From Chrysemys picta bellii (lineage: Eukaryota): 64,000 bases of DNA. The notes under the pieces were generated by a model, which did not search any database, was not told the DNA's origin, and was given only the letters and a program-made list of their open reading frames with translations. The DNA lies in contig NC_088793.1 of the NCBI RefSeq assembly GCF_011386835.1, positions 156,302,001 to 156,366,000 on the forward strand, written 5' to 3'. Shown one piece after another: positions 39,253 to 51,894 of this stretch. The translations under genes were made by a program, and so were the position numbers. Every line of letters begins with the position of its first letter. Position 1 is the stretch's first letter.

Positions 39253-39503
39253 CAAAAAGAACAGGAGTACTTGTGGCACCTTAGAGACTAACAAATGTAT
39301 TAGAGCATAAGCTTTCGTGGACTACAGCCCACTTCTTCGGATGCATACAGAATGGAATAAATATTGAGGAGATATATATACACACATACAGAGAGCATGA
39401 ACAGGTGGGAGTTGTCTTACCAACTCTGAGAGGCCAATTAAGTAAGAGAAAAAAAAAACTTTTGAAGTGATAATCAAGATAGCCCAGTACAGACAGTTTG
39501 ATA
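39253..39503 (-). mobile_element. Penelope-like subfamily B fragment nested in the subfamily A insertion
   Basis: 11-bp TSD AGAAGTATTGG (39242-39252, 39504-39514); sequence related to 23999-24266. Confidence 0.85.
39305..39344 (-). ncRNA. Variant minimal hammerhead motif (CCGAAGA core)
   Basis: Minus strand: GCAU-CCGAAGA-A-GUGGGCU GU AGUCCAC-GAA-AGCU-U-AUGC; core U4 is C. Confidence 0.45.
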
Positions 39504-41539
39504 AGAAGTATTGGGATCATAAGCTTTCGTGGGTAAGCTTATGCTCCCAATACTTCTGTTAGTCTTAAAGGTGCCACAGGACCCTCTGTTGCTTTTTACA
39601 GATTCAGACTAACACGGCTACCCCTCTGATCATAAATTCTAATAATCATTTAACTGCATTTTCTAGTAATACATAGGTTAACTACTTTATTCTTGGTCCA
39701 AGTCACTAATGTGTAATGCGTTAACCAATGGCATTGAGAGCTCCATGACTGACTCAGGAAATATTACTTTACATGAATTACCTTTAATTGAACATGGCTG
39801 CATATATACTTCCTACCTGATTGTGCAGCCCTTACTCAAATAAGACTTCCTTGGGAGCTCATGTAAGGACAGTGGTACCTATATAATTTATTATTTTTAA
39901 AAAATTATTAAATTATGTTCTTTTGGTAGTAGGCCAAGGTTGAATATTGCCTTGTGCCATTTGTGTGTAAGCTATATTTTTCTGTACAGTATATGGTTTT
40001 ACATGTAGGCAAGAGAAACACTGTAAAGCAAGAGGAAAATTAAAAGGATCATAGCATCTTCATTATGTTTCTGATGAAATCTCTCAACTTGTATTAATGC
40101 TAATTTGGTTTTAAAAAGTTTTTCTGTTTCCACTGTGATTAGGAGTAAATCATTCCCTTTCATATGCATTGCCAGGCTCTGCTTCCATGCATCATTGAGT
40201 GTTTAGATGGGGGTGAGGGTCAAATATCTTTGTCTTGAATTAGGTAGTTAGTCTTCATTACTGCATGTACAGCAATATGGCTGGCATCATGTCATGAACA
40301 CATGGAATTAGTGTCTCTTTTTTTCTGTGAGATTTTAGACTAGCCTTTTGCTTAAATTAATGCCGAGCCATTGACTATGGGCTGACTTGAGTTATTTAAA
40401 TTAACACACTACAGTAATATAGATCAAAGATTTCACTTGAGGATAGATGTAACTTTTCATGATGCTCTTTACCTGGGTTGAAAGACTGCTATGTACAGTT
40501 AGAGACAGGGCTGTGCTGTAATCCAACCTCTTGTATATTCCATGAACCATGTTCTGATCCTGCTGGAGAATGGTGATCTAGGTGGTCATCCTGAGTCCAA
40601 AGTACATAAATCTCTGCCTTCTCTTGTGTTTGACACATGTCAGCAGCCTTTTTATACTGAATAACATTCAGGAATTTGTGAGTGATTGTGTTTTGCATTT
40701 TTTTTAAATCCACTCACTTGATACTGGTCTAAAAACAAAATAAAAATATTTGTCCATTAATATTGCATGATAATATTCATTTGTTAATATTTTGTTTTCA
40801 TTTCACTCTGCATTTCCCTTCTGCTAGTTTATATTTTTTGATAAATTATTCTATTCACATAAGCTGAGACTCCACTACAAGATGGAAAGGGTCCTATTCT
40901 AATCCAAGCAATGGCAAAGATTAAAACCATAATTCAAGTGTATCCTCCTTAGTTTGTGCTAATTTATGGATGCTTATTGGGTGGCCTGCAGAAGCCTTTT
41001 ACTGTATGTAGATAGAAGCTCAGAAGCCAGTTTAGCAGATGCTAAAACAGATTCATAAAGTTAATGGATACTTCCATAATAGCAATAACAATTAATTTTA
41101 TTTCTAGAGCTTTTCTTCCCTCTGCGCTCAAGCTGTTTTGCAACAATTCATATTAGAACAATACAGTATGGAGAAATGTGTTCAAACTTTTTCTATACTA
41201 ACTTGCCAAGAAGTGAAAGTTTCTTTTTAAGAAAAATGTTCTTCACTGTAGGTGGTTAAAGCTCCCCTTGAAGAATAGTTATTATCCCTAGGTCCCAACT
41301 CAGCACTTGAATTATGCATGTATATTCCATTGACTGCACTGAGAGCTCTCTGAATGTACCCAATGGGACTTCCATTGAAGAATGGACATCTTAAATTGGA
41401 GTTTTTGAACAATAAAACCTTTCATTTAATTGTAAAACCACAGTACTGGTTCCAAAGATAAATAAGAAAAGCCTTTTAAGTTGATATTTGTCAAATAGCA
41501 AAACAAGATAATTTTGAAGCAACTGTGTTGCCTAGTGAT

Positions 41540-41720
41540 GAGAGAAGAGGACTAGTTTTTGGGTTCTGTTTTCAACTCTTCTAATGACTTGCAGTTTGAC
41601 CATGATTGAGTAACTTAAACTCCTGTCAATATGCTTATTTTACTGAAAAGTAAATACTGTAACACTGAAAAATACTATAAAGGGGTGCTGATGATGAATT
41701 AGTTAATATTTATGAAATAC
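41540..41720 (+). mobile_element. MIR-like SINE, degraded
   Basis: tgggttctgttttcaactcttctaatgacttgcagtttgaccatgattgagtaacttaa resembles MIR ctgggttc..ctctgccactaacttgctgtgtgaccttgggcaagtcacttaa. Confidence 0.5.
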
Positions 41721-43393
41721 TTTAAATCTTCAAAGGGCTACACTATGTAAACATGACTGACAACTAAGCCATTCTTTAGAGAGAAACCATAGCTTATAGA
41801 TTTGTGGATTTGTACTTCCATCACTTAAGTTTGTTGAACTGAAATTCAGCATTGTTTGTTCCTCCTCTTGGGGCCAAATTGTGTCATCAGATGCCTCTAC
41901 ATGACCATGATGAAGATCATTAGGAATTGTTTATGCATGCAAACCCAAAATTTGGGCCCATGACTAGACATTTTTGCATTGTTTGGTCCCTCTTCTTTGA
42001 GCGCAAATTTCAAAAGTAACTAAAGCTAAATCTTGTTACATAGGATTTCTGTTTTCTGTGTCACCAACCAGCTTGTATATAGCCTTTAACTCTGTGAGAT
42101 TTAGGCTAGACAGGCTACAAAAAATATTTGCAGCAAACACATCTTTGGGGGAGGGGAGAGGGGGAGGTCTACTCTGTTTTGTATGCTCCTGACATATTAA
42201 GTCAACATTGTTTTTCCTAAAACATGGCCCGATGGCTGTCTCTTTGAATTTCCTTTTGCAGTTTTTTAGCTCAACTGAATCCTAAAGACTCAATTAAAGT
42301 TCATTCGGTTATGAAGTTGTGTCACTGACATCCATCAGCTTCCAGTTGATACTTCTAAATGTAAACTGTATGACACCTACCTGCAGTTTGTTTTGTGCTT
42401 TTTCAAAACAATGTCTGATAAGGTCTCTGTCTTACGAAGGTGATTTCTTTCCTGAGGATCTGCTTTAGGGAAACATTGCAACTTGCTTAATTTTAAGTGT
42501 TCAGTTAAGCATCCTTCCTGAATAGGGATGCTTTTCTGAATCAGAGCCTGAGTACTTAGCTCATATATTTCATTTCACTGGCCACATCAGGGCTGATACT
42601 GTGAGGTGCTGATCAACGTCTGAGAGGTGCTGAGGGTCCTCAACTCCCAATGACTCTAAAGATAATTGAGGATTCTCAGCAAGTTAGACATATTGAAATC
42701 AAAGCTTTGTTCATTCCTCTTCTTTTGTATTTAAAAATATTTTAGATCAGAGTTCTCTAGCTAGTCACTTCATGCAAAAATCTGGAGTATTTAATATAAA
42801 ACAGGGTGTCTGGTTCTGCAAGGTGAGTTCTCCACCTCTCCTTGACTTCAAAGAGAGCTCATAGCAGTCACAAGCTCATTTGCAGATTTGGGCTCAAATG
42901 TTTACTTCCATTTGACAAATTCTTAACTTTTGTAACTTTTTTTTAAAGCAACATCAAAAGATCTTATGTCCTTTTTTTCAATCTTATTTTAACACTTCAG
43001 CTCTTGAACTGTGCTATACTTCCTGCTGTATAGTGCTACAGTCAGAAAGTTTATATGAGACACTGATAGACTTTTAAAAAGGCAGATGTCCCAAAACGAA
43101 ATAAAACAGATTTTGTTATAACCTTAAAAGTTCAAGCAGAATATGCTCTTTTTATATATCTAAGAACTTTCCTTTTTTAGCTATGAAATTCTCGTGATAC
43201 TGTTTTCCTTTGTGACCTAGACTTACTGGTAGAGGCCTTGTACGTTTATGAAACTTCTGATACCATTTAATGTTGTTCCAGTTAATTTTGAGTTTGAGAA
43301 CAAGGGCCATGTGCCTAGGAGAATTTCTTCTGACATTTAAAAAGAAGAGTCTTGTGTATGGATACACTGTGCATACACTTCAGCAATACCACC

Positions 43394-44570
43394 TTCTTGT
43401 TCGAGTGATGGTCCCTGTGTGTATTCCACTAGAGGTACACATACACTCCATGCACCTGAGACTGGAAGATGTTTCATTAGCAGGATCCATTGATCTGCAC
43501 CTACTCCCTTCTCCTCCTTGGGCTCTAAAGCAAGGTTACAGGGAGCATCTCTCTAGTTCCTTTCTGCTGCCAGTGGTCTCAGACGGAACTTCGCTAGCGT
43601 CCGCAGCTTTACCTAGCATTCTTTACAACTTTGTAAATAGTTGTAAATGGTGTTAGCCTGATAAAATTTTGATTTTAGTATTAGGGTTCCTTTTAGTGAA
43701 TTTTTTAGAGGCTGGGGTACCCTCCCCCCAATCTCCCTGCATAGGTATCTAGAATGTTCAAGACCCCAGGAAGCAGCTGGCATTACCCCTCTCTGGCTCC
43801 TGTGTAGTACACAGAGGCATGTCCAAGTGGCTCTGTATGCTGCCCCATTCATAGCTCCCATTGGCCATGGTTCCCGGCCAATGGGAGCTGCAGGGGTGGC
43901 GCCTGCAGACAGGGCAGCACATAGAGCTGCCTGGCCGTGCCTCTGGGAGCTGCTTGCAGTAAGCACCGTCTGGAGCCTGCACCCCTGAGCCCGCCCCCCG
44001 TGCTCCAACCCCCCTGCCACAGCCCTGATCCCCCCTGCACCTGCCCTCCAAACCCCTCAATCCCAGCCCAGAGTCCCCTCTTTTACCCCAAGCCTCTCAT
44101 CCCCAGCGCCCGCACCCCCAGCCAGACCCCTTGCCCCCCGGTGCCCCAGCCTTGATCCCCCCTCTTGCCCTCTGAACCCATTGGTCTCAGCCTGGAGCCC
44201 CCTCCTGCACCCCGAGCCCTCACCCCCCCCCTCGCACTCCTAGCCGGAACCCTCACCCCCTCCCGCACCCCTAGCCCCAATTTCGTGAGCATTCATGGCC
44301 CGCCATACAATTACCATACCCCGATGTGGCCCTCAGGCCAAAATGTTTGCCTGCCCCTGTCTTTCATGACAGAGAAGGAACTGAAGAGGTGGTCAGTCTG
44401 CACTGCCCTTTATAAGCCTTGTTCAGAGCACGAGGAAGAGAAGGCACAGGCATGGACCAATAGACACTGCTAATGAAACATCTTCTGGTCTGTGCATGGA
44501 GCACATGGGCACCTTGAGTGGAATACACCAAGGGACCACACACTCCAGATACTGTACAAGGTAAGTAGCC
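43394..44570 (+). mobile_element. Second DIRS-like element (different family), collapsed to its two ITRs plus the probable first codons of gag
   Basis: Left end ttcttgttcgagtgatggtccctgtgtgtattccact resembles 30069ff. 44373-44545 is the inverted counterpart (ctgctaatgaaacatctt..gtggaatacacc.agggacca), begins agagaaggaactga like 35241 and ends caaggtaagta like 35435. ATGTTCAAGACCCCAGG at 43753 resembles a gag start. Confidence 0.75.
43770..44359 (-). mobile_element. Partial GC-rich hAT MITE inside the collapsed DIRS element
   Basis: Right end gatgtggccctcaggccaaaatgtttgcctgcccctg (CAGGGG..GGCAAAC TIR type); shares the cccattggc..ccggccaatgggagctg core with other MITEs here; left TIR missing. 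Confidence 0.75.
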
Positions 44571-45409
44571 AGTCTTTTCCTATTTCTTTCACATTTAGCA
44601 TTGTCACAAATGTCATGATGTCCTTGTCATGATACACACCCATGTGTGGCAGATAGGTGACTGCAGTGATGTGTTTTGACAACTGTTGGAAAAGGGTTTC
44701 CATTTTTGTTCTTGTGATTGATTTTAATAATATTTCAAAAAACAAGGTTATGGAATAAATTGTGGCAGGACTGAGGGATATCGGTATCATGATCATAGGG
44801 ATTCCATACATGGCAGTGAGGAAGAATCAGAGTAGAAGGCAATTTGGTGCACAGTTAAGTGGTTCCAACCAACTGCCTTCTGTAGTGTGTTGGGCTATCT
44901 CCCTTGGCATAAAGATCGAGGACGCAGGAGTAGGAGGAAGATGGGTTCAGCCTTGGAGCTAGAAAGAAGTAGGTGTAAGGGACATTAGATTAGGCAGGAC
45001 TGTCAGAAAATGTGAGAATATATCTGGGGAAGACGGGCTAGGATGGGAAGAAGAGTCTGTGGGAGGAAAGCTGAAAGCAATTCTGTTTGGGGGATTATAT
45101 CAGATACATGTACACCTGGACCTTGTTTAGCCTGGTCTGACCACAGAAAAGGCTATATGGGGAAAAGACAAAATACATTCACAAAGAATAAATTAAAAGT
45201 TCAGGTCTAACTGTCTCTTCAAACTTAGTTTTTCACATCCTTAACAAATATTTATTTATTTTTGCCTAAGAATATGTACAGCAATGTTTTTGAGACCCAT
45301 TACCACTTACTAAGCTAGAACCTGATCCAGCAAATGACTGCTCATGGGTACAGCGAAGTCAGTGGTGCTCTATACAAGCTAAATTCTGTGCTATTCTCTT
45401 AATAATACT

Positions 45410-45540
45410 TAACATTTATATATTGCTTTACACGTTCAAAGCATGTTACAATCATGAATTAATCCTCACTACATCCTTATGACGTAAGTGGATAAGTATT
45501 CTCCCCATTTTACGCATAAGGGAAATAGAGGCATAGATTC
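45410..45540 (-). mobile_element. MIR/CORE-SINE fragment
   Basis: ttaatcctcactacatcc..gtattctccccattttacgcataagggaaatagaggca is the reverse complement of the CORE-SINE core. Confidence 0.7.
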
Positions 45541-45931
45541 TCACCACCCCCCCCCCTTCAGCCCCTTTATGTCAGGCAAAATGGCCCTAAACGCCCTGGC
45601 TCCCCCTGGAGGGCAGTTCTCCCAGGCACTGCAGAAGATAGCGTGAAGATCCCTCTTAAGCTCTAGCATAGGGGACAAACCAGGGTGGGGCTGGGCATGG
45701 TAGGGGCAGGTTGAGGTTGGGCTGCACCATTGTGGAGATTTCAGGCAGCACTGTGTGGTCCATGGAGTAGCCTAAGAGGCTGCTGTTAATTTAGGCCTCT
45801 AGGTCTGTCTAAATTACACCAGAAGTGTCTTCAGCTCCCAGAGCAGCCCAGCATCAGGAGGGTACAAAGGTGGCTTAAATCCACCTTAGCTCTCACCTCT
45901 TGCTGGCCTTCAACTTCTGTGCCTCTTACAG

Positions 45932-46386
45932 CATGGTTGGCCAACCTGAGCCTGAGAAGGAGCCAGAATTTACCAATGTATATTGCCAAAGAGCCACAGT
46001 AATACCGCAACATCCCCCCCATCAGTCCTCCCTCCCCCCCCCCCCCCCCCCCCGCTCCCAGCACCTCCCACTCACCGGCAGCCCCGCTGATCAGCGCCTT
46101 CCCCTCCCTCCCCACACCTCCCGATGAGTTGTTTCGTGGCACGCAGGAGGCTCTGGGGAGGAGGGGGGAGGAGTGAGGGCATGGCAGGCTCGAGAGGGGG
46201 CGGGAAGGGGTGGAGTGGGGGCAGGGCCTGTGGCAGAGCCAGGGGTTGAGCAGTGAGCACCCCCCGGGCACATTGGAAAGTTGGCGCCTGTAGCTCCAGC
46301 CCCGGAGTCGGTGCCTATACAAGGAGCCGCATATTAACTTCTGAAGAGCCGCATGTGGCTCCGGAGCCACAGGTTGGCCACCCCTG
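45932..46386. mobile_element. Non-autonomous hAT MITE (CAGGGGTGGCCAACC)
   Basis: Ends catggttggccaacctg / caggttggccacccctg; 8-bp TSD tcttacag / tcttagag (1 mismatch). Confidence 0.85.
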
Positions 46387-46409
46387 TCTTAGAGGTTCAA
46401 GGCCACACA

Positions 46410-47735
46410 ATGACTCATGGCACACAATACATGGATTAAAAGCTGGCTAACTGATCGGGAATGGTTCTTGGCCCTATGCTAGTTAACATTTTTATCAGTA
46501 ACCTGGAAGAAAACAAAAAATCATTACTGATAATGTTCGCAGATGAAATAAAAATTAGGGGAGTGATCAATAATGAAGAGGACAGTCCACTGATACGAAG
46601 CAAACTGGGTCTCTTGGTAAGTTGGGCACAAGCAAACAATGTGTGTTTTAATTTACAGCTAAATGTAAATGTATACATCTAGGAACAAAGAATGTAGACC
46701 AGACTTCTAGAATGGGCAACTCTATCTGAAAAAAAATTTGGTAGTTGTGCTGGACAATCAGCGGAACATGGGCTTCTAGTGTGATGCTGTTGCCAAAAGG
46801 CTAATGGGATCCTTGGATGCATAAACAGGAGAATCTGAAGTAGGAGTAGAGGGGTTATTTTATCTCTGTATTTGGCACTGGTGAGACTGCTGCTGGAATA
46901 GTGTGTGCAGTTCTGGTATCCCCAGTTCAAGAAGGATGTTGATAAATTGGAAAGGGTTCAGAGAAAACACATGAGAAAGATTAAAGGATTAGAAAACATG
47001 CCTTACAGTGATAGATTGAAGGAGCTCAATCTACTTAGCTTAAGAGAAGATAAAATGGTGACTTAATAGCAGTGGTGCCCAAATTTTCCTGTCACACCCC
47101 ACCTTACCAGTAATGGAATCTCCCTTTCCATTACTGCACAGTTGGCTCAGCAGAGGAGCTTGCACTGAAGGCACATCTGGGGGCAGTATTGGGGATGGGG
47201 AGAAGCTGAGGCTAGAGGCGGAGCTGGCCTGGGGGCGGAGGTGGAATGAGAGCAGAGTAGGGGACTGGGCTGGGCTGGGGCTGCCTGCTGGGCCTGAGCT
47301 GGGCTGGGGACAGAGCAGGGAACAGATTGGAGCTCTGGCTGGGGGCAGAGCTGGGCTGAGCTCAGAGCATGCCCCACAATTTGGGGACCACTGGTCTATA
47401 GGTACCTGCATGGGGAACAAATACTTGACAATCAGTTTTTCAATCAAGCAGAGAAAGGTATAACAGGATTCAGTGGCTGGAAGCTGGAGCTAGACAAATT
47501 TAGACTAGGAATAAGGTGTAAATTTTTGACTGTGAGGGTAATCAACCATTGGAACAATTTACCAAGGGTCATGGTGGATTCTCCATCATTGACAATTTTT
47601 AAATCCTAATTGAATGTTTTCTAAAAGCTCTTCTCTAGGAATGATTTTGGGGAAGTTCTCTGGCCTGTGTTATACAGGAGGTCAGGCTAGATGATTGCAA
47701 TGGTTCTTTCTGGCCTTGGAATGTATGAATCTGAA
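46410..47735 (+). mobile_element. Decayed 5'-truncated CR1 (RT C-terminus plus 3'UTR), interrupted by a hAT MITE
   Basis: ORF 46461..46682 MVLGPMLVNIFISNLEE..MFADEIKI; later aaggatgttgataaattggaaagggttcagag; 3'UTR ends tggccttggaatgtatgaatc. Confidence 0.88.
47070..47393. mobile_element. Non-autonomous hAT MITE (CAGTGGT.CCCAAA)
   Basis: TIRs CAGTGGTGCCCAAA / TTTGGGGACCACTG; right flank GTCTATAG, left flank retains only ATAG (TSD partly deleted). Confidence 0.8.
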
Positions 47736-49099
47736 TGTTAGAGCCAATATTAGAATTTGGGAATATTCAACTCCCAAGATCATGATACTCCAGATTGTCA
47801 CAAAGCAATTATAAACATAAGACTATCCATGTACTGGGATGTGCTCACATATATTGGACATTTTTCTTAGTGATGAATGACAAATCCTCACTTACATCCG
47901 TATCGAGAAAATATTTTTGAAAGATTAAACATTTGTGTCCTTTTTGGTTAATGTTACAGAAGTGCAGCTAAGTATGGGATGTGAGCTGTCAAGTTCTAGC
48001 TATTCATAAATTTTTTCCAATTCTTACAGCTGAAAAGATTAAATATGCAAATGATAAACACATGTAATTCCTGAATGCTTTGAACAAGTACACATGCCCA
48101 CAACCCTGCTCAATCTTATTTTATTTCTGGACTCCTAAAAGTTGTTCCTATATTTTGTCTGGAATGGAATGTATTTTGACATTTTAAAACCAGAAATATA
48201 CCAGATCTTCTTCTACTTTTTTTAACTTCAGCTTCTGTTCTGAAATTTAATTTTTAGCTGGACTGTATCAGAGAGCTCTTAAAATGGAACAGTTGAATTC
48301 TCTGCAGAGCTGACATCCTTTCTGAAAGACACCTAATGTAAGAATAATTCTGTTAAAAGAATGAAAGCACTCTCTCCTCTCCATCATGATTGCCTCTGCC
48401 TTGATTTTAGTAGGAAGATATCATTTTGTCCTCAGTAAAAATCCTCTGTGGACATCACTGAAATATTTCCTTTCAGCTAGCAGAGAGTTTAGGATTTAAG
48501 ATCATTCACAAGATGCCCTTCATTTTTCAACTATAAACTTTGTTGCCAGTATATCCATTTTTGATGTGCTGAGTCGGGAGTTTGTTGTCTTCTGGGTGTG
48601 TCCTGTACTTCTTGATCATTAATTTGCTTAAGTGGAAAATTTTGGAGTGGAGGGCACATCTGAAAAGTTAGCAGCATTGAGTGGTGTATGTGAGTCAAGT
48701 CGACACAAGAGTGAGCCAAATGTGCTGGCTTTTGGTAAAGTGAACCATAATTGTGGCTTTAAAAGATCACAACTGCATATTTTAAGCATGTTTACCAGAC
48801 TCTGCAACAGACATAATGTCCAAAACACATGAGAAGATGTACTTACCAAGACTGCTGAGAGTGAAGGAAACAGGCAGAGCTGGAAAGGAAAAAATAACAT
48901 AGATTATTTTAGTAGTCTAGTGAAACTGTATTGCTTTGATTTGTTGTAAGATTGAATTTTACATTACCAAGTATAGGACTGGTATTCATTTTAGTGATCA
49001 TTCGTAAAGCTAATGCTCCCTTATATAAGTTATTCCTTTATAAAGATAAAGAAACACTGTGATTCTGAGCTCTTGAATTTCCTCCCCATTCTTCCATTG

Positions 49100-49440
49100 A
49101 ACAGGGCAGGAAATCCAGGACATTTCCACAGTCTCTGGGTTTCCATATTTCCTCCAGACCCTTTGGCTACAGATGTCGGTATCTTCTCCCAGAGTCCCCC
49201 TTAAGGGAAGTTTCCAGTCTGTGCAACCTAATGCTGCCTTGACACAGATTTTCTGGCACCAATGGCTGTTGCTGCCAGGTTTTCCTGAGGAGTTTGGGAT
49301 TGGATGGAAATATTCTGAAACTACCAGACTCTGGGATACTGATTGTCCAACAGCTTCTGCGCTAGACCAGATCTAGTTTCATCCAGACATCGAAAGATTT
49401 CTTAGAGCATTGTCTCTACTAGTTCAGTATTCCGTTATGG
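49100..49440 (+). mobile_element. Possible decayed DIRS MT/YR junction fragment
   Basis: W..IFPPDPL (cf. W..YAFPLIPL at 33750-33785) followed about 230 nt later by HPDIERFLRAL (cf. HPTIKLFLMGL at 34280); by eye only. Confidence 0.3.
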
Positions 49441-51894
49441 GGCTTTCTCCTAGTTTAATACTCTTATTAAATACCCATTTAAACTATTACATTCTATGTT
49501 ACTAAGGGTTGCATTTCTAGTGGCTGTAACCTTGGTCAGAAGAAACTCAGAATTGGAGGCCCTAGTCACAGAACCATAGTATTGCTTATTCTACACTGAT
49601 ATGTGGTACTTGAGATCTGGTTTTTATTAAACAAGGCCTTTTGCAAGTCACAGGAATTGCCTTGAACTGGTACATCTGGAAGAAAAAGAAAAAGCAATCC
49701 AGTTGTCGACAGAACCCTCAAGATGTGCTTAAATATAAAAATCCTCTTCCTTCATCTTCTGAGTCCCAGCTTTAGAGGAGAAAATCCTTGATTACAGTGT
49801 GACCAAGGTGTGGGAGGCTGGCAAGGCAAGATCTCTCCTACTTTATCTGTTCTGATGAGTCTTTCGCTCATAAACACTTACCAACCCCTTGGGCTGAGTG
49901 GTTATAATCCGAAGAAGAAAACCCATAGCAAGCTAAGAACTTTTTAGGTAAAAGACACATTTTCCCCTTCTTTATTATTATCTTTTTATATTATTCCCTC
50001 TCTCACTGCAGATAGATTTGGCAAATCCCCTGTACACAGCAGCTTGCAAGAGGCATAGAAATGGATTTGCTGTCAGGGAGTGTGGCAATATATTCCCATT
50101 TAGAATGGGTTTTAATGTAAATTTTTTTTTTTTTTTTTTTTTGGTAACAAAGGGATGAAGAACATTGCCATGGGTGAAGATGAAAGATAGAATCAGGAAG
50201 TATTTTTCTTTGACTAAGAAAGGTACCTGTTAGTCCTATGTCCTGATTGGAGAGACTTAAGGATCAATTCTACCAACTGATATCTGTATGGAACTTCCAC
50301 TGAATTGGACCATATAAAAAACTAGCCTTGCCTTCCACATAATAGCAGTTATAGCAAGGTTTATTAGTAGCTGAGTGGGATGGAGCTCTCAAAGAGGTAC
50401 AGCTAATTTCAGCTTGAGGACTGTTCTTCATCCTTGGACTATGCAATCTCCTTTTTGTTGTTTTTTTGATTATTTAAATAAGCTATCCTCATTTGGAATA
50501 TTACGGCTCTGGTGTGAGGATTACCAGGACACTCAAACTCAGGTCTTCACAATGTCATATAATCAACTGTTACTGAACCTAGTTCCTTGCTATTGGTGGC
50601 ATCCCTCCCAACCAGGGTTTGTGAGGACATTTTGAACTAGAGTCAACCACCCAGATTGGCAGATATAATGAGAAGAAATTTTGTTTTTTAACTGTGTTTT
50701 GGATTGCTGTTACTCAAATCCTTTAATAGGAAATCCCATTGCTTCCTTTTCTCTGCAGTAGGTTAAGTTAGTTGAAATGTTTCCTCCTTGTAGCCTTCTA
50801 GAGAATTTTCATATGGAGACTCTGAAGCAAATGAATCTGATTGCTAAAAGTGGAGACAGGGAGCGGTCGGGCCAAATGGTCAGAAGTGTATTGGAGAAAT
50901 CCAAATAGTAGTAAGCATTTCCCTGGCATTACATCCTCAAAAGATCCTGCATAATGTCATTTTTCTCTAATGACCGAATGTTAATACCTTTTAATTTGCT
51001 AGACTAGAAAAACAGATGATTTGAAATGAAGTAAATTAGGATATTGCACATGAAGAGAATTTTTTTTATAAGGTCACATTCGGTTTTATGAAGTGAGGCT
51101 CTGTGGTTGGGTTCAGTGAAGCTAGGTTTTATGCAGCTTTATCCAAAAAGTTATATCAAAGGCTTTTATTGACTGAAGTGCAGCAATATTTATATTGTTC
51201 AGACGTTAATAAAGAAAAATGGGGGGGGAACTTTTAGTATTTCCTTGACCAGCAGGACACTGTGATCTTATTGTCACTATAACTTGTTGCTGGGGGAAAA
51301 ACAACAACAAAGGAGAAGAATCCAGCTAGAAAAAGAACTATGTTATGGGCAAAATTAAAAATTGGTGCAATTCCAGTGAGGTCAGCAAAGTTGTTCCCCC
51401 TTGGAGATTGAGTTTGTACAAATGGCTTTTATACAGAAGACATACTGCAATTGAGGGCCCAGTCTTGCGGTTCTTTATTCATGCAAAATTGTAGTTAACA
51501 TTATTGAGAGTTTTGCCTAAGTAAGGACTGAAAGATCAGGCCTTAAACAGACTTTTCAATACAAGTTTAATAAAAATCAGCATTTTATTCTGTAAAACAT
51601 CTGTGAATCTCAACTTGTTTTATGTATTAGCAGAACATTATGGTGCAGACTTTATGATCAAAAAGGCCCTTTGCTTGTGTGACACACAACACTGATGTTA
51701 CACAGTGCATTTTGGGGTTGACCATTGAAATGGGCGTGTAGTGGGAGGCACCTTTAAAGTTAACCTCTTATTAAGCAAAATCTAGCAGGAGAGTTCCAGG
51801 ACGTTTTTCAAAGTCTGGTTATGCTCCCCATCTTCCAGAACCCACCCAGACTGTGTTCATACATCACAGATGTCATTTGTTTTGGCCTGTTTAC

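Larger units (their letters stand above)
39204..39629. mobile_element. Penelope-like subfamily A insertion with inverted (fold-back) structure
   Basis: 15-bp flanking direct repeat TCATAAATTCTATAA (39189-39203, 39630-39644). Left arm (39204-39252 plus 39515-39526) is the reverse complement of the right arm (39535-39597) with one mismatch; 8-nt spacer. Confidence 0.85.
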
